Notes under the pieces: model-generated
Database searches by the model: none
What the model was told of the DNA's origin: nothing
The model's input: only the letters and a program-made list of their open reading frames with translations
Made by a program: the position numbers and the translations under genes
DNA from: Promethearchaeati archaeon SRVP18_Atabeyarchaeia-1
Lineage (GTDB): Archaea; Asgardarchaeota; Atabeyarchaeia; Atabeyarchaeales; Atabeyarchaeaceae
Assembly: GCA_037308085.1 (NCBI GenBank)
Contig: CP147779.1
Location: 1,344,001 to 1,408,000 of the forward strand
Reading direction: 5' to 3'
DNA length: 64,000 nt
Shown here: positions 1 through 9,338 of the stretch, piece by piece
Position numbering within the stretch: position 1 is the stretch's first letter
Layout: the number at the start of each line of letters is the position of its first letter

Positions 1-253
1 CAGAAGTGGGGCAAAAAGGGGTTAATAAGAGTTCTAGGGACACTCGGTGGAAGGAGAAGGATACCAGAATCCGAGATAGGGAGGGCGCTGAGGTAAGTGC
101 TGAACGAGGTTAAACTGAGGACGCCCATTGGAGGAACTAGTGGAAGACCTAGTTGCGATAATATCGCGCACTTCTCAGGCAAACTCAACAATCTCGGGAA
201 CCACAAGTAGAGGGAGGTTGCTGAAGGCGCCAAAAAACCTATTCACTCAGCCA
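1..253 (+). pseudogene. tnpA: Decayed IS607-family serine-recombinase transposase (TnpA) remnant, 5' part outside window
   Basis: 1-96 reads QKWGKKGLIRVLGTLGGRRRIPESEIGRALR* (MerR-type HTH of IS607 TnpA). 128-240 reads LEELVEDLVAII/HFSGKLNNLGNHK*REVAEGAK (IS607 C-terminal motif) with a frameshift and a stop. The catalytic domain between them is missing. Confidence 0.85.
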
Positions 254-281
254 TGACCAAGGCGAGGCGCTCAGCAGCCTA

Positions 282-1496
282 ATGACTGCCTACAACGCCA
301 TCCTCAACACCATGCTGCAGGGCATCTGGCAGGCGAGAGAGTGGAGGAAACACCAGATCAAGGGCAAGAAGCAGTGTAGGCTCTACCCGCGATACAGGAA
401 GGACAACGCCTTCAAGCGCGAGCTGAGAGACACTTGCTTGGGAGGATGGGTCTACGCTGCGCACTGGGTTGACTCCGCCTTGAAGACAGCCTTCAGCATC
501 ATGGCCTCCTGGAGAAGGAACTACGACAAGGGCGAGAGGAGTAGGACATGCCCACATGTGGGACGGCTCTTCCTGCGGGCAAAGCAGACCCTCCTCAAAC
601 TCGAAGGCGAGGAACTAAGGATCACCGTGAAGCCACACGAGTTCGTTCACATCGACTTGTCCAGGCGCTACTTCAATCTGCCCCGCAACGTATCCTCCGC
701 GGGCCTAGGAGAACCCATCATCACACGCGACAGGATACACCTTCCCGTCCACGTGCCGGAAGAGGCTGGGAAGAGGCCCGCCGAGGCGGTGGCGTGGGAC
801 TCGAACATGCTCAGCATGGACGGCTACAGCCCCGAGACCGGATGGGTGAAGGTCGACACGAGGAGGCTCGCCTCCATCCACATCTCAGCCTTCGAGAAGA
901 GGCGCAGCGTGCAGAGAAAGGCCTCAAAGTCGAAGAAGGCGAAGAGCACCCTCACAAAATACGGGAGAAGGGAGAGGCACCGCGCCAGGAAGCACCAGAT
1001 GGAGATAGCGAGAGTGATGCGCTCCCTGTCCAGCAGAAACGGCTTCGAGAAACTGCACAAGGAGCGACTATACTCCAAGTCGAGGGTGTGGAACAGGCGA
1101 GTAGCGCGCACGGACTGGCGCGGAATAAGGAGGCTTGCAGGAGGCGTTGAGGTGCCTCCGCAGTTCACTTCGAAGACGTGCTCCAGATGCGGGTGGATAA
1201 ACAAAGACCTAAGAGGAGAGACAGTCTTCGAGTGCGACAACTGCGGTCTTCGGATGGATAGGCAGCTCAACGCAGCCATCAACCTCTACCTGAGGATGGA
1301 GGGCGTTCCCCACGAGAAGGAGCTGTGGGATGCAAGGATCCTGCCAACGCTTCTGAGGGTGGGTGGGTACGCCCTGACGGGGGCGGAGCGGAGGGGTGCC
1401 GATGAACTCGTGAGGCGCCTATATGATGCGGTGAAGCCCCAGATCTACGTGGAATACGATAGGCATGCTGACACATACCTACCTATGCCTACGTAG
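282..1496 (+). CDS. tnpB: TnpB (RNA-guided endonuclease family), RuvC-III Asp replaced by Gln; N-terminus probably frameshifted
   Basis: RuvC-I AWDSN, RuvC-II GFEKL, zinc ribbon TSKTCSRCG...FECDNCG, RuvC-III MDRQLNAAINL; downstream of IS607 tnpA remnant. Confidence 0.9.
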   Translation: MTAYNAILNTMLQGIWQAREWRKHQIKGKKQCRLYPRYRKDNAFKRELRDTCLGGWVYAAHWVDSALKTAFSIMASWRRNYDKGERSRTCPHVGRLFLRAKQTLLKLEGEELRITVKPHEFVHIDLSRRYFNLPRNVSSAGLGEPIITRDRIHLPVHVPEEAGKRPAEAVAWDSNMLSMDGYSPETGWVKVDTRRLASIHISAFEKRRSVQRKASKSKKAKSTLTKYGRRERHRARKHQMEIARVMRSLSSRNGFEKLHKERLYSKSRVWNRRVARTDWRGIRRLAGGVEVPPQFTSKTCSRCGWINKDLRGETVFECDNCGLRMDRQLNAAINLYLRMEGVPHEKELWDARILPTLLRVGGYALTGAERRGADELVRRLYDAVKPQIYVEYDRHADTYLPMPT

Positions 1497-1526
1497 ATTG
1501 AAACCCCTTTCGCCAAATGATTATTG
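1300..1526 (+). ncRNA. Predicted omegaRNA (scaffold overlapping tnpB 3' end, guide about 1507-1526)
   Basis: 3' ~200 nt strongly conserved with copy 2. Terminal stem ATCTACGT/ACGTAGAT (1443-1450/1491-1498) followed by GAAACCC. The 5' boundary is approximate. Confidence 0.6.
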
Positions 1527-3387
1527 ATTCTTCCTTTATCCTGTTGCCTGCTTCTATCTTGGAGATGTTGTGAGGCAACTCGTATTCGAGCGTGAACCCA
1601 GCCTGTTCTCCGATGTCTATGAGGGCTTGTGCACCATCCAGTTGCACATTTCTATTACCCAGTTTCCAATGATGATACTTGCCGACCACAAAGATAGTTC
1701 TTCTTCCCTCATTCAGCGCTTCAAAAAAAGCGTGAAGACAGTCACTCATATCATTCAGGTAGTGGAGCACGATTCTTGCCTTCTTCTCTCTTCCTACGCG
1801 CAATAGTTCCCGAATAATTAGCTGGCTCGAATCGGGCAAAAGATCATACAGAAAGAGGTCGGCGTCGCTCGCGGCCCTCTTCCTCGACCCAATGATCCCA
1901 TCTTGAAGTCGCCCGTCTTCCACATCTAGCCCAAGGAGGGCAATAGGCAGACTAGAGGAGTCGTGGTAGTCAAGCGCATCGAAATATGGCGGGGAGGTGA
2001 CTATCCCATCAACCTTGCCATCTAAAACCGTGTTCACGCTCCAAGCAGTATTCGTGAATAGCGTACATCTGCCCTTCACATGGACCCCCAGATCAGACAG
2101 GATCTTCTGCGAAGCATAGGCGTACAAATAGAAATCCACGGCATCCCTGATGAAATCGTGCGCCATCGCCTTGTTCTTCTTCTGCTTCGAAGAGAGACCC
2201 ACAATTGAACGGCTAAGCATGGTGTACAGGAAGTCCTTAATTAAAGGGTCGCTGGACAGTTCATCGATTCTATCCTTTATCGAGAGTATCTGGAAGACCG
2301 CAGCCCCATTACCTAGTACCCTCGTCTTATCCTTGGTCTCCAAACGAGCAAGAGTTTCGTCTAGCCTCGCGTCGTTGTTCGAACTGACTGGTTCTCCATT
2401 ATCCAGCTTGAGAATGGCTTGCCTCAGATCTGTCAATGGGATGTTGACGAGGTTGCACTTCACTCGCGATATCATGGTCGAAAGAGGGTTTATGTCTATA
2501 CCAACCGCGTTGATGTCCAGAAAAGGTGCGTCAGCCAAAAATGTTCCTGAGCCGCAAAACGGATCAAGGACTGTGCAACCTTCTTCGACTCCCAACATAT
2601 TGAGACACGATCTTGCTAGCCAAGGATCGGCTTTTCCCTCATGCTTATGGATGAAATGAAGGCCCCATGTGCGAAAGTCTGAGAAAGCCCAGTCCACGTA
2701 GTCGCCAATATGATCCTTGAATAAGCCAAGCCAAGGCATCCTCTTGACTCCAAGTCTCAGGTGCTGAAGCAGTTCGTCTAGTCCCTTCTCAACTCCCTTT
2801 TCCATCTTCTCGAGTTTCTCACCGAGATCCGTGAATTGCCGAGTGAACGTGACATAGGGTAGCTTAACAACTTCTGAAGCATACTCCAGCAACGTCTGGA
2901 TAGGAGTCGAAAGAACCGTGGTCAAGTAGGATTCATCATCAAGCCTCTGGTTGAAGACTTGGACGCTGGGCGAGATGTCAATGAACCTATTTTCATCATA
3001 AGTGCCTCGTTCCTGAGGATCGCTCGAGCCAAGCGCGACCGCGACTTCGGGGAGCTCGTCCTCCGAAGTCAGCAGAACTGCATAGATCTCCCTTAGATAA
3101 GTCGCGCCCTTCGCGAGCTTGACCAGGCTTTGGAGACTACGAAGACCAGCAATGAAGCCATGCACTCTCCCCAGATAGAGTAGCCTCGTCATGCGGTCAA
3201 TGATCCTATCATCTAGGCTGGAGAATGGATACTTTCGGAACAGGGTCGGAAGAACCTCGAGATCTGTAACAGAGGTTCCCAGTATCTGCTCTGTCTCCCT
3301 TCTCGCAAGATCGACTTTGCTCTCGACCCTGATGTCATGTTTGAGCTTGCAAATACAGTATGCTTCCCGCAAGAAGAGATCCTCCAC
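1489..3387 (-). CDS. Orphan amino-methyltransferase (N4-C/N6-A type) with ~230-aa N-terminal extension
   Basis: Motif I VLDPFCGSGT, motif IV VTSPPY, C-terminal FVVG...ESIIIW; last codons (FQST*) lie inside the IS right end. Confidence 0.8.
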   Translation of the reverse strand: MEDLFLREAYCICKLKHDIRVESKVDLARRETEQILGTSVTDLEVLPTLFRKYPFSSLDDRIIDRMTRLLYLGRVHGFIAGLRSLQSLVKLAKGATYLREIYAVLLTSEDELPEVAVALGSSDPQERGTYDENRFIDISPSVQVFNQRLDDESYLTTVLSTPIQTLLEYASEVVKLPYVTFTRQFTDLGEKLEKMEKGVEKGLDELLQHLRLGVKRMPWLGLFKDHIGDYVDWAFSDFRTWGLHFIHKHEGKADPWLARSCLNMLGVEEGCTVLDPFCGSGTFLADAPFLDINAVGIDINPLSTMISRVKCNLVNIPLTDLRQAILKLDNGEPVSSNNDARLDETLARLETKDKTRVLGNGAAVFQILSIKDRIDELSSDPLIKDFLYTMLSRSIVGLSSKQKKNKAMAHDFIRDAVDFYLYAYASQKILSDLGVHVKGRCTLFTNTAWSVNTVLDGKVDGIVTSPPYFDALDYHDSSSLPIALLGLDVEDGRLQDGIIGSRKRAASDADLFLYDLLPDSSQLIIRELLRVGREKKARIVLHYLNDMSDCLHAFFEALNEGRRTIFVVGKYHHWKLGNRNVQLDGAQALIDIGEQAGFTLEYELPHNISKIEAGNRIKEESIIIWRKGFQST

Positions 3388-3593
3388 TCCGAAATGCGCT
3401 CCCTGTTTCTAGTTTGACTTGTGAACAATCGGTTATTGGATAACGGCATACATAACTCTACCGAGGATAATGGAGATTTGGTAACAAACTCTATCTACAA
3501 TCCTTATTATCGTGCGGATGAACCGTACGCTTACAGAGAAAAGTCAAAAAGCAACCATCAGCAACTAGTGTGTAGCGGAAGGAGAATCCACAC

Positions 3594-6068
3594 ATGCCCA
3601 AGGAGAAAAAAGTGATCAGAATAGGTGGCATGCACTGCGCAAGCTGCGCTCAGACAATAGAGCGAGGCCTAAAGAAGGAGCCGGGGATAGTCAATGCTAG
3701 CGTAAGCTACGCGACAGAGAAAGCTATCATTGAGTATGATCCATCAAGGGTAAATCTGCAGAGGATCGGAAAGGTCATAAAAGACGCAGGATATGAACCT
3801 CTTGACATCTCGGAGAAAGGTGAAGAGAAAACTAGAAAGGTCATAATGAGAATCACTGGGATGCACTGCGCCTCCTGCTCAGCCACTGTGGAGAGAAGTC
3901 TGAAGAAACTCCAAGGTGTGAAATCAGCCAACGTCAACATAACAACTGAAAAAGCAGTAGTGGAATATTATCCAAAAAGGGTCTCAATGCCTGATCTTAG
4001 AAGAGCAATTGAGAAAGCTGGTTATGGGGTCGCCTCGGAGGAAGAGGTTGACATTTCCGTGGAGGAAATGAAGCGTGCCCGGAGAAGGATGATTGTGGCA
4101 TGGCTCTTCACCGTACCGATCATTTCGTGGATGATCCCAGACATGGTCTTTGGAATCTCCTGGCCGGACGCGATTATCTACAATCTGGGTATCATACTGC
4201 TCGCAGCACCAGTAATCTTTGGCGCTGGCTTCGCGACTCTTCGTTCCGCTTCTAAATCAATTATCCACAGGGACGCAAACATGGACGTCCTAATAATGAT
4301 GGGAACCACAATATCCTTTCTGACAGGTCCCCCCTACTTTTTCACGTCGATTTGGAACTATGCCGGAGTAGGAGGGATGATCATGTCTTTTCACCTCACT
4401 GGCAGATACGTGGAGGCCAAGGCGAGGGGAAAAACCTCACAGGCGATTCAGCGCCTCATGAAACTCGAAGCCAAGTCCGCCAGAATCCTGGTCCGTGGAA
4501 AAGAAAAGGAGGTGCCAATCAATGAGGTGAAAGTTGGAGACGTCATGATCGTCCGACCAGGGGAGAAGGTGCCGACTGACGGCCTAGTCATCGATGGCGA
4601 AAGTTCCGTTGACGAATCTATGGCGACTGGCGAATCCATGCCAACGACGAAGAGAGCTGGCGATCAAGTAATCGGTGCAACCGTAAACCAAGAAGGTCTG
4701 CTGAAAGTGAGGGCTACAAAGATTGGAGCAGATACATTCCTCTCACAGGTGATAAGAATGGTTGAGGAAGCCCAAGGAACCAAAGTCCCCATTCAAGAGT
4801 TCGCGGACAAAGTCACGAGATACTTCGTTCCCACGATTCTGCTAATAGCCCTCTCGACCTTCATCCTATGGATGGCAATCCCGCACGTCATGGATGTGGT
4901 GGCCACCTTGGCAAAGCCATTCTTGGGCTGGATTCAGCTAGGTCAGCCAACTTTCATGCTCGCGATCTTCGCCACCGTCGCGACTCTCGTTATCGCATGT
5001 CCCTGTGCGCTGGGCTTGGCGACTCCTACGGCGCTCATGGTTGGGACTGGAATGGGCGCTGAGCATGGTATCCTCATAAGAAAAGGCGATGCCATACAGA
5101 CGATGCGGGAAGTGAAAGCTATAATTCTTGACAAAACTGGAACCCTCACAAAAGGGAAACCTGAGGTAACAGATGTTGTATTTCTCGACACAGATCTCAG
5201 GGGCGAAGAGAAAGTCCTCTACTACGCAGCAAGCGTAGAGCAGGGCTCTGAACACCCCTTAGCCCAAGCAGTCGTTGAGAAGGCAAAAGAAAAGAAGATC
5301 AAGTTAGACCTCCCCAAGTCCTTCAAGGCGATAAGTGGAATGGGAGTACAAGGCTTCGTGAATGGTGACGAGGTTCTGGTCGGGAAGCCAGAAATGCTCG
5401 GATCCAATGCCATGACTGCTAAAGCTGACAAAGTATTTGGGAAACTCCAAAAACAAGCCAAGACAACTGTGGTTGTGGCAGTGAACAAGAAACCGGTTGG
5501 CATAATAGCCATCGCGGATACCCTCAAAGAAGATAGCGCAGACGCCATACGGGATATAGAGAGAATGGGGCTGAAAGCGATTATGCTGACAGGCGACAAC
5601 AAGAGAACCGCTAAGGCGATAGCAAAACAGGTAGGGATAAGCGAAGTCTACGCGGAGGTCATGCCAGACGAGAAGGTTGGCGTTGTCAAGAAAGCGCAGG
5701 AAGAATACGGTACAGTGGCAATGGTGGGCGACGGCATAAATGACGCGGCTGCAATAACTCAGGCAAATGTTGGCGTGGCTATTGGCACAGGAACAGACAT
5801 CGCCATAGAAGCTGGCGATATAATCCTAGTTAAAGGCGATTTGTCAGGGCTGCTTAGTGCAATTAAACTATCAAAAGCCACCTTCAGGAAGATTAGGCAG
5901 AACCTTTTCTGGGCACTCATCTATAATGTTGTAATGATACCACTAGCCATCCTGGGTCTACTGCACCCTGTATTGGCGGAGGTATCCATGGCTCTGAGCT
6001 CAATAACGGTAGTTGGAAACGCTAACCTATTAAGGAGAGCGAGCATATCCCCAACATACTCAAAGTAG
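3594..6068 (+). CDS. copA: Cu(I)-translocating P1B-type ATPase
   Basis: Two GMHCASC heavy-metal domains, TGES, CPC, DKTGT, SEHP, GDGIND, YN and MALSS motifs. Confidence 0.95.
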   Translation: MPKEKKVIRIGGMHCASCAQTIERGLKKEPGIVNASVSYATEKAIIEYDPSRVNLQRIGKVIKDAGYEPLDISEKGEEKTRKVIMRITGMHCASCSATVERSLKKLQGVKSANVNITTEKAVVEYYPKRVSMPDLRRAIEKAGYGVASEEEVDISVEEMKRARRRMIVAWLFTVPIISWMIPDMVFGISWPDAIIYNLGIILLAAPVIFGAGFATLRSASKSIIHRDANMDVLIMMGTTISFLTGPPYFFTSIWNYAGVGGMIMSFHLTGRYVEAKARGKTSQAIQRLMKLEAKSARILVRGKEKEVPINEVKVGDVMIVRPGEKVPTDGLVIDGESSVDESMATGESMPTTKRAGDQVIGATVNQEGLLKVRATKIGADTFLSQVIRMVEEAQGTKVPIQEFADKVTRYFVPTILLIALSTFILWMAIPHVMDVVATLAKPFLGWIQLGQPTFMLAIFATVATLVIACPCALGLATPTALMVGTGMGAEHGILIRKGDAIQTMREVKAIILDKTGTLTKGKPEVTDVVFLDTDLRGEEKVLYYAASVEQGSEHPLAQAVVEKAKEKKIKLDLPKSFKAISGMGVQGFVNGDEVLVGKPEMLGSNAMTAKADKVFGKLQKQAKTTVVVAVNKKPVGIIAIADTLKEDSADAIRDIERMGLKAIMLTGDNKRTAKAIAKQVGISEVYAEVMPDEKVGVVKKAQEEYGTVAMVGDGINDAAAITQANVGVAIGTGTDIAIEAGDIILVKGDLSGLLSAIKLSKATFRKIRQNLFWALIYNVVMIPLAILGLLHPVLAEVSMALSSITVVGNANLLRRASISPTYSK

Positions 6069-6180
6069 AAATACTTGAGACGCGCTAGAGGAATTCGGTC
6101 AGAAAACAAGACTCAGGCGGAGCGATGGCCGAGACTTGTGCAGATGGTTTCTTGAGAAAGGGATAGGGAGGTGAAACGGC

Positions 6181-6327
6181 ATGGCGAGAGACCCAGTCTG
6201 CGGCATGGAAGTCAAAGAGAGAACCGCTAAGTTCAAGTCCCAATACAAGGACAAGACCTACTACTTCTGTGCAAAAGGATGCAAAGACAGATTCGATTCG
6301 GAACCACAGAAATACATTAAGAAATAA
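6181..6327 (+). CDS. YHS/TRASH-domain metallochaperone (48 aa, not in ORF track)
   Basis: MARDPVCGMEV...YYFCAKGCKDRFDSEPQKY; GGAGGTGA SD upstream; follows copA. Confidence 0.9.
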   Translation: MARDPVCGMEVKERTAKFKSQYKDKTYYFCAKGCKDRFDSEPQKYIKK

Positions 6328-6479
6328 GAAACTGGCATGACCACAATCTAGTACACACCTCTCTTATCCGAGTTCCGAACCTCCTTTCTACTTTTTTCTT
6401 GCTAGGTTTCTATCAATACCTTCCACGTACTCGGTAGAACCCCAATTGCGATTCGGAGCAATCAGCGAGATGGGCAATT

Positions 6480-7334
6480 ATGGATGCAAAGCTACGTGCA
6501 AAATATGAGAAGCTGAAAAGTTTTATTCGGGAGAAAGGCGGGGATGGGGCAATAGTCGCCTTCTCCGGCGGAGTGGACAGCTCGACACTAGCTGCGGTCT
6601 GCCTCGAAATACTGGGAGACAGAGTTGCCGCCGTAACAGCAAAATCAGCAACCTACCCATGCGAGGAACTTGACGAAGCGAAGAAAGTCGCGAAGGAAAT
6701 CGGGGTCAAGCACTGCATCGTGGAGACAAACGAGCTTTCAAACGAAGACTTCTTGAGAAACCCCGAGAACAGGTGCTACTACTGCAAAAGCGAACTGCTA
6801 GACGTGTTCAAAGACTCCGCAGCCAGACTCGGGTTCAGAGTCATCTTTGAAGGCACCAACTACAGCGATCTGAGTGGGCACAGACCGGGATTTAAGGCAG
6901 TCAAAGAAAGAGAGTACGTCTTAAGCCCGTGGGTCGAAGCGAAGTTCAAGAAGGAAGACATCAGACAACTTGCGCGCGAACTCGGACTGTCTGTTCATGA
7001 TAGACCTGCATCACCCTGTCTGGCCTCAAGAATACCCTTCGGACAGCGGATCACGGAAGAACGCCTTAGGAGAGTTGAAGCGGCAGAGAAGGCAATAAGA
7101 GAAATCGTAGAAGTGAAAGAACTACGTGTTCGAGACCATGATGGCTTGGCGAGAATCGAAGTGGGGAGGAATGAGCGTGATCTTCTTTTCGATGCAAAGA
7201 TCATGGATCGAATAGCAGAGCAACTAGAAAAGCTTGGGTTCAAATTCGTGACAATGGACATGGCCGGATACAAGACAGGCAGCATGCTCAAGCTCGTCGA
7301 GAAGCAGACTCACGACAGCAGGCATCTTACCTGA
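6480..7334 (+). CDS. larE: LarE-family ATP-dependent sulfur transferase
   Basis: PP-loop AFSGGVDS, RCYYCK, HRPG, PCLASRIPFG, LRVRDH. Confidence 0.9.
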   Translation: MDAKLRAKYEKLKSFIREKGGDGAIVAFSGGVDSSTLAAVCLEILGDRVAAVTAKSATYPCEELDEAKKVAKEIGVKHCIVETNELSNEDFLRNPENRCYYCKSELLDVFKDSAARLGFRVIFEGTNYSDLSGHRPGFKAVKEREYVLSPWVEAKFKKEDIRQLARELGLSVHDRPASPCLASRIPFGQRITEERLRRVEAAEKAIREIVEVKELRVRDHDGLARIEVGRNERDLLFDAKIMDRIAEQLEKLGFKFVTMDMAGYKTGSMLKLVEKQTHDSRHLT

Positions 7335-7362
7335 AACTGGGGTCGAAGACAGATGTCCAATC

Positions 7363-8157
7363 TCACCTTGCGCTTGGCTTCTCGCCCATGAATAAGCCAA
7401 GGTTTATGAGCGACCTGAAAGAGCGCGTTGTCAGGTGTCTGAATCCACTTTTTTCAATAAGCCTTGTCCAGTACTCCTTGGGCTTCCAGACGAGGGCGAA
7501 CAATAGGACGGACAGCGCCAGCTTTTTGTTTCTCAGAATTTCAACTGTCGCAAACTTGCCGCCCGGTTTAAGAACTCGATAGACCTCCCGCAGAGCTTTC
7601 TCCTTATCCTGTTCTCTGTGTAGTTCATGTGGCACGGAGCCCATGGTTACAAGATCAAATGTGCTATCTTCAAAAGGTATTCTCAAGGCATTTCCGTATC
7701 TGAAGTCCACCTTTTCGGCTACACCTTCCGCATTTGCATTCTTCATGGCAGTATCGGGCGACCTGCCGCTAACGCCCCCAAAAATATCAATGCCCACCAC
7801 TCTACCCTTTTGGAGTCTTTTCGCCAAACTTATGGACACTCTTCCAGTTCCACATCCAACATCGAGCACCATTTCATTCCCCTGCAATGCCGACAGATCT
7901 GCAATCCTTGACCAGTTGTCCCCATGCCGCTTCGCTTTGAAGGCTTTCTCATAGAGAAATATGTAAGCAACGCCAATGTATAATCCGACAAAGGCAACAG
8001 GCGCCCCAAGCAGTACTAGCACCCACTTGACAGGAGGACCTAACGAGAGCAATGAGGGGGTAACTGCCAAAGCCAACCCGATGAGGCCTATTATTGCCAT
8101 GGAGGCAAAATACCTCCAAGCTACAAAACCATAACTGGGCTTTCCAGACGAATCCAA
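7363..8157 (-). CDS. Membrane-anchored class I SAM-dependent methyltransferase
   Basis: Two N-terminal TM helices, VLDVGCGTG, PFEDSTFDLV, RVLKPGG. Confidence 0.85.
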   Translation of the reverse strand: MDSSGKPSYGFVAWRYFASMAIIGLIGLALAVTPSLLSLGPPVKWVLVLLGAPVAFVGLYIGVAYIFLYEKAFKAKRHGDNWSRIADLSALQGNEMVLDVGCGTGRVSISLAKRLQKGRVVGIDIFGGVSGRSPDTAMKNANAEGVAEKVDFRYGNALRIPFEDSTFDLVTMGSVPHELHREQDKEKALREVYRVLKPGGKFATVEILRNKKLALSVLLFALVWKPKEYWTRLIEKSGFRHLTTRSFRSLINLGLFMGEKPSAR

Positions 8158-8163
8158 TGTAGT

Positions 8164-8421
8164 CTAGTCCCCCTTCTCCGATTCCTCCTCTTTTACTCTG
8201 CTTCCAATAACACCTAAGATCTTCAATGCGACATCCTTCATAATGCTGGCCTTCTGGATCGCTAACCCTTTCTTTATGTCCCCTGCCACAAGGAGCTTGT
8301 CGCCAGGCTTGATGTTGAAGTGCCTCCGTGCCTCGATTGGCAATACTATCTGGCCCCTTTCACCAACAGTGACGGTTCCGTAAAGGAACTTTCCTTTCGC
8401 AACTTCGGTCATGATCCCCAC
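8164..8421 (-). CDS. AbrB/MazE/SpoVT-family DNA-binding protein
   Basis: GTVTVGERGQIVLPIEARRHFNIKPGDKL. Confidence 0.9.
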   Translation of the reverse strand: MGIMTEVAKGKFLYGTVTVGERGQIVLPIEARRHFNIKPGDKLLVAGDIKKGLAIQKASIMKDVALKILGVIGSRVKEEESEKGD

Positions 8422-8430
8422 CAGATGAAA

Positions 8431-8502
8431 TCATATAGGGCATGTAGGTCATACTAATCATGCTAATCATACTAATCATACAAATCATACCAATCATAAC
8501 CC
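8431..8502. repeat. Tandem array of eight 9-bp units (consensus TCATACTAA), probable operator
   Basis: tcatatagg gcatgtagg tcatactaa tcatgctaa tcatactaa tcatacaaa tcataccaa tcataaccc; lies between TATA-like ATTTAAAT (8511-8518) and the AbrB start. Confidence 0.85.
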
Positions 8503-8715
8503 TTTGCATCATTTAAATGTTGTGGAAGCGGTGGGCACGGAGATAGAGGTGTTATTGGATGCAAGGTGCAGTGATTTTCCTCCGCGCTGCAGCAATAGCT
8601 CTTCGTTGAAACCCAAATACTGCGATTCGAGAGAGCACTTGCACAGAGTGTTAAATCCCTGTCTTGTGCATTGCATGATATGACACTTTTCTGGGCTACT
8701 GAGGGTGGGCTGTAA

Positions 8716-9234
8716 GTGATAAAGGCGATACTCTTCGACTTGGGGGACACGCTGATCACAGAAGAGAGCGTTGGCGACAAACACACTGCTGAAGCGGAGC
8801 CTCAGAAGGTCTCTCATGTAGAAGAAGTTCTCAGGCAACTTAGAGGGAAATACAAGCTTGGAGTTGTAACCAACACGACAACATCAAAGGAAGCAGACAT
8901 CAGGCTTGCACTCAGAAAGATCGGGCTAGAAGAGTACTTCGATACAGTTGTGACATCCGTTGATGTCGGCCGCGACAAGCCCGATCAGAAGATATTCACC
9001 GTGGCTCTGAAGAGACTTCACGTGAGGCCATCCGAAGCCGTAATGGTAGGCAATAGGATAAAGACAGATGTCCTCGGAGCAAACAAACTTGGTGTGATAT
9101 CAGTCTACTTCAAATGGAACGACCGGTACAAGGAAGAGGTCACTAGCTCTTTGGAATCCCCAAATTATACGATTGTTTCTCTTAGACAACTTCCAAGCAT
9201 CATCGGCGAAATTGAAAGAGAGAAACAAGAATAG
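8716..9234 (+). CDS. HAD-superfamily hydrolase
   Basis: FDLGDTL, VVTN, KPD, VGNRIKTDV. Confidence 0.9.
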   Translation: MIKAILFDLGDTLITEESVGDKHTAEAEPQKVSHVEEVLRQLRGKYKLGVVTNTTTSKEADIRLALRKIGLEEYFDTVVTSVDVGRDKPDQKIFTVALKRLHVRPSEAVMVGNRIKTDVLGANKLGVISVYFKWNDRYKEEVTSSLESPNYTIVSLRQLPSIIGEIEREKQE

Positions 9235-9338
9235 GGTGAATCTTTTTTCGGCGGGAGAAATGGCAAATCCGTGTTCAAATCCGGATTACTTTGGCAACGC
9301 AGTTAGGGGGGCTTAGCTTGATAATATCGTACCGGACC

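Larger units (their letters stand above)
1..1506 (+). mobile_element. Non-autonomous IS607-family element (tnpA remnant + tnpB); left end outside window, right end about 1503-1506
   Basis: tnpA remnant overlaps the tnpB 5' region. Similarity to the second tnpB copy stops abruptly after TAGATTGAAACCC (1494-1506). Confidence 0.8.

Noticed and set aside
548-1150. 200-aa alternative-frame ORF inside tnpB
   Set aside because: Arg/Gly-rich by-product of GC-biased codons; not maintained at this length in copy 2.
7819-7828. 10-nt match (TTTCGCCAAA) to the copy 1 guide, plus a 9-nt match near 25521
   Set aside because: Matches this short can arise by chance in 64 kb on two strands, and no TAM is known to support them.
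8431-8502. Possible CRISPR array
   Set aside because: Units are 9 bp and contiguous with no spacers; no cas genes in the window.
9255-9320. GTTCAAATCC T-loop-like motif
   Set aside because: No acceptor stem, D arm or anticodon arm can be built.
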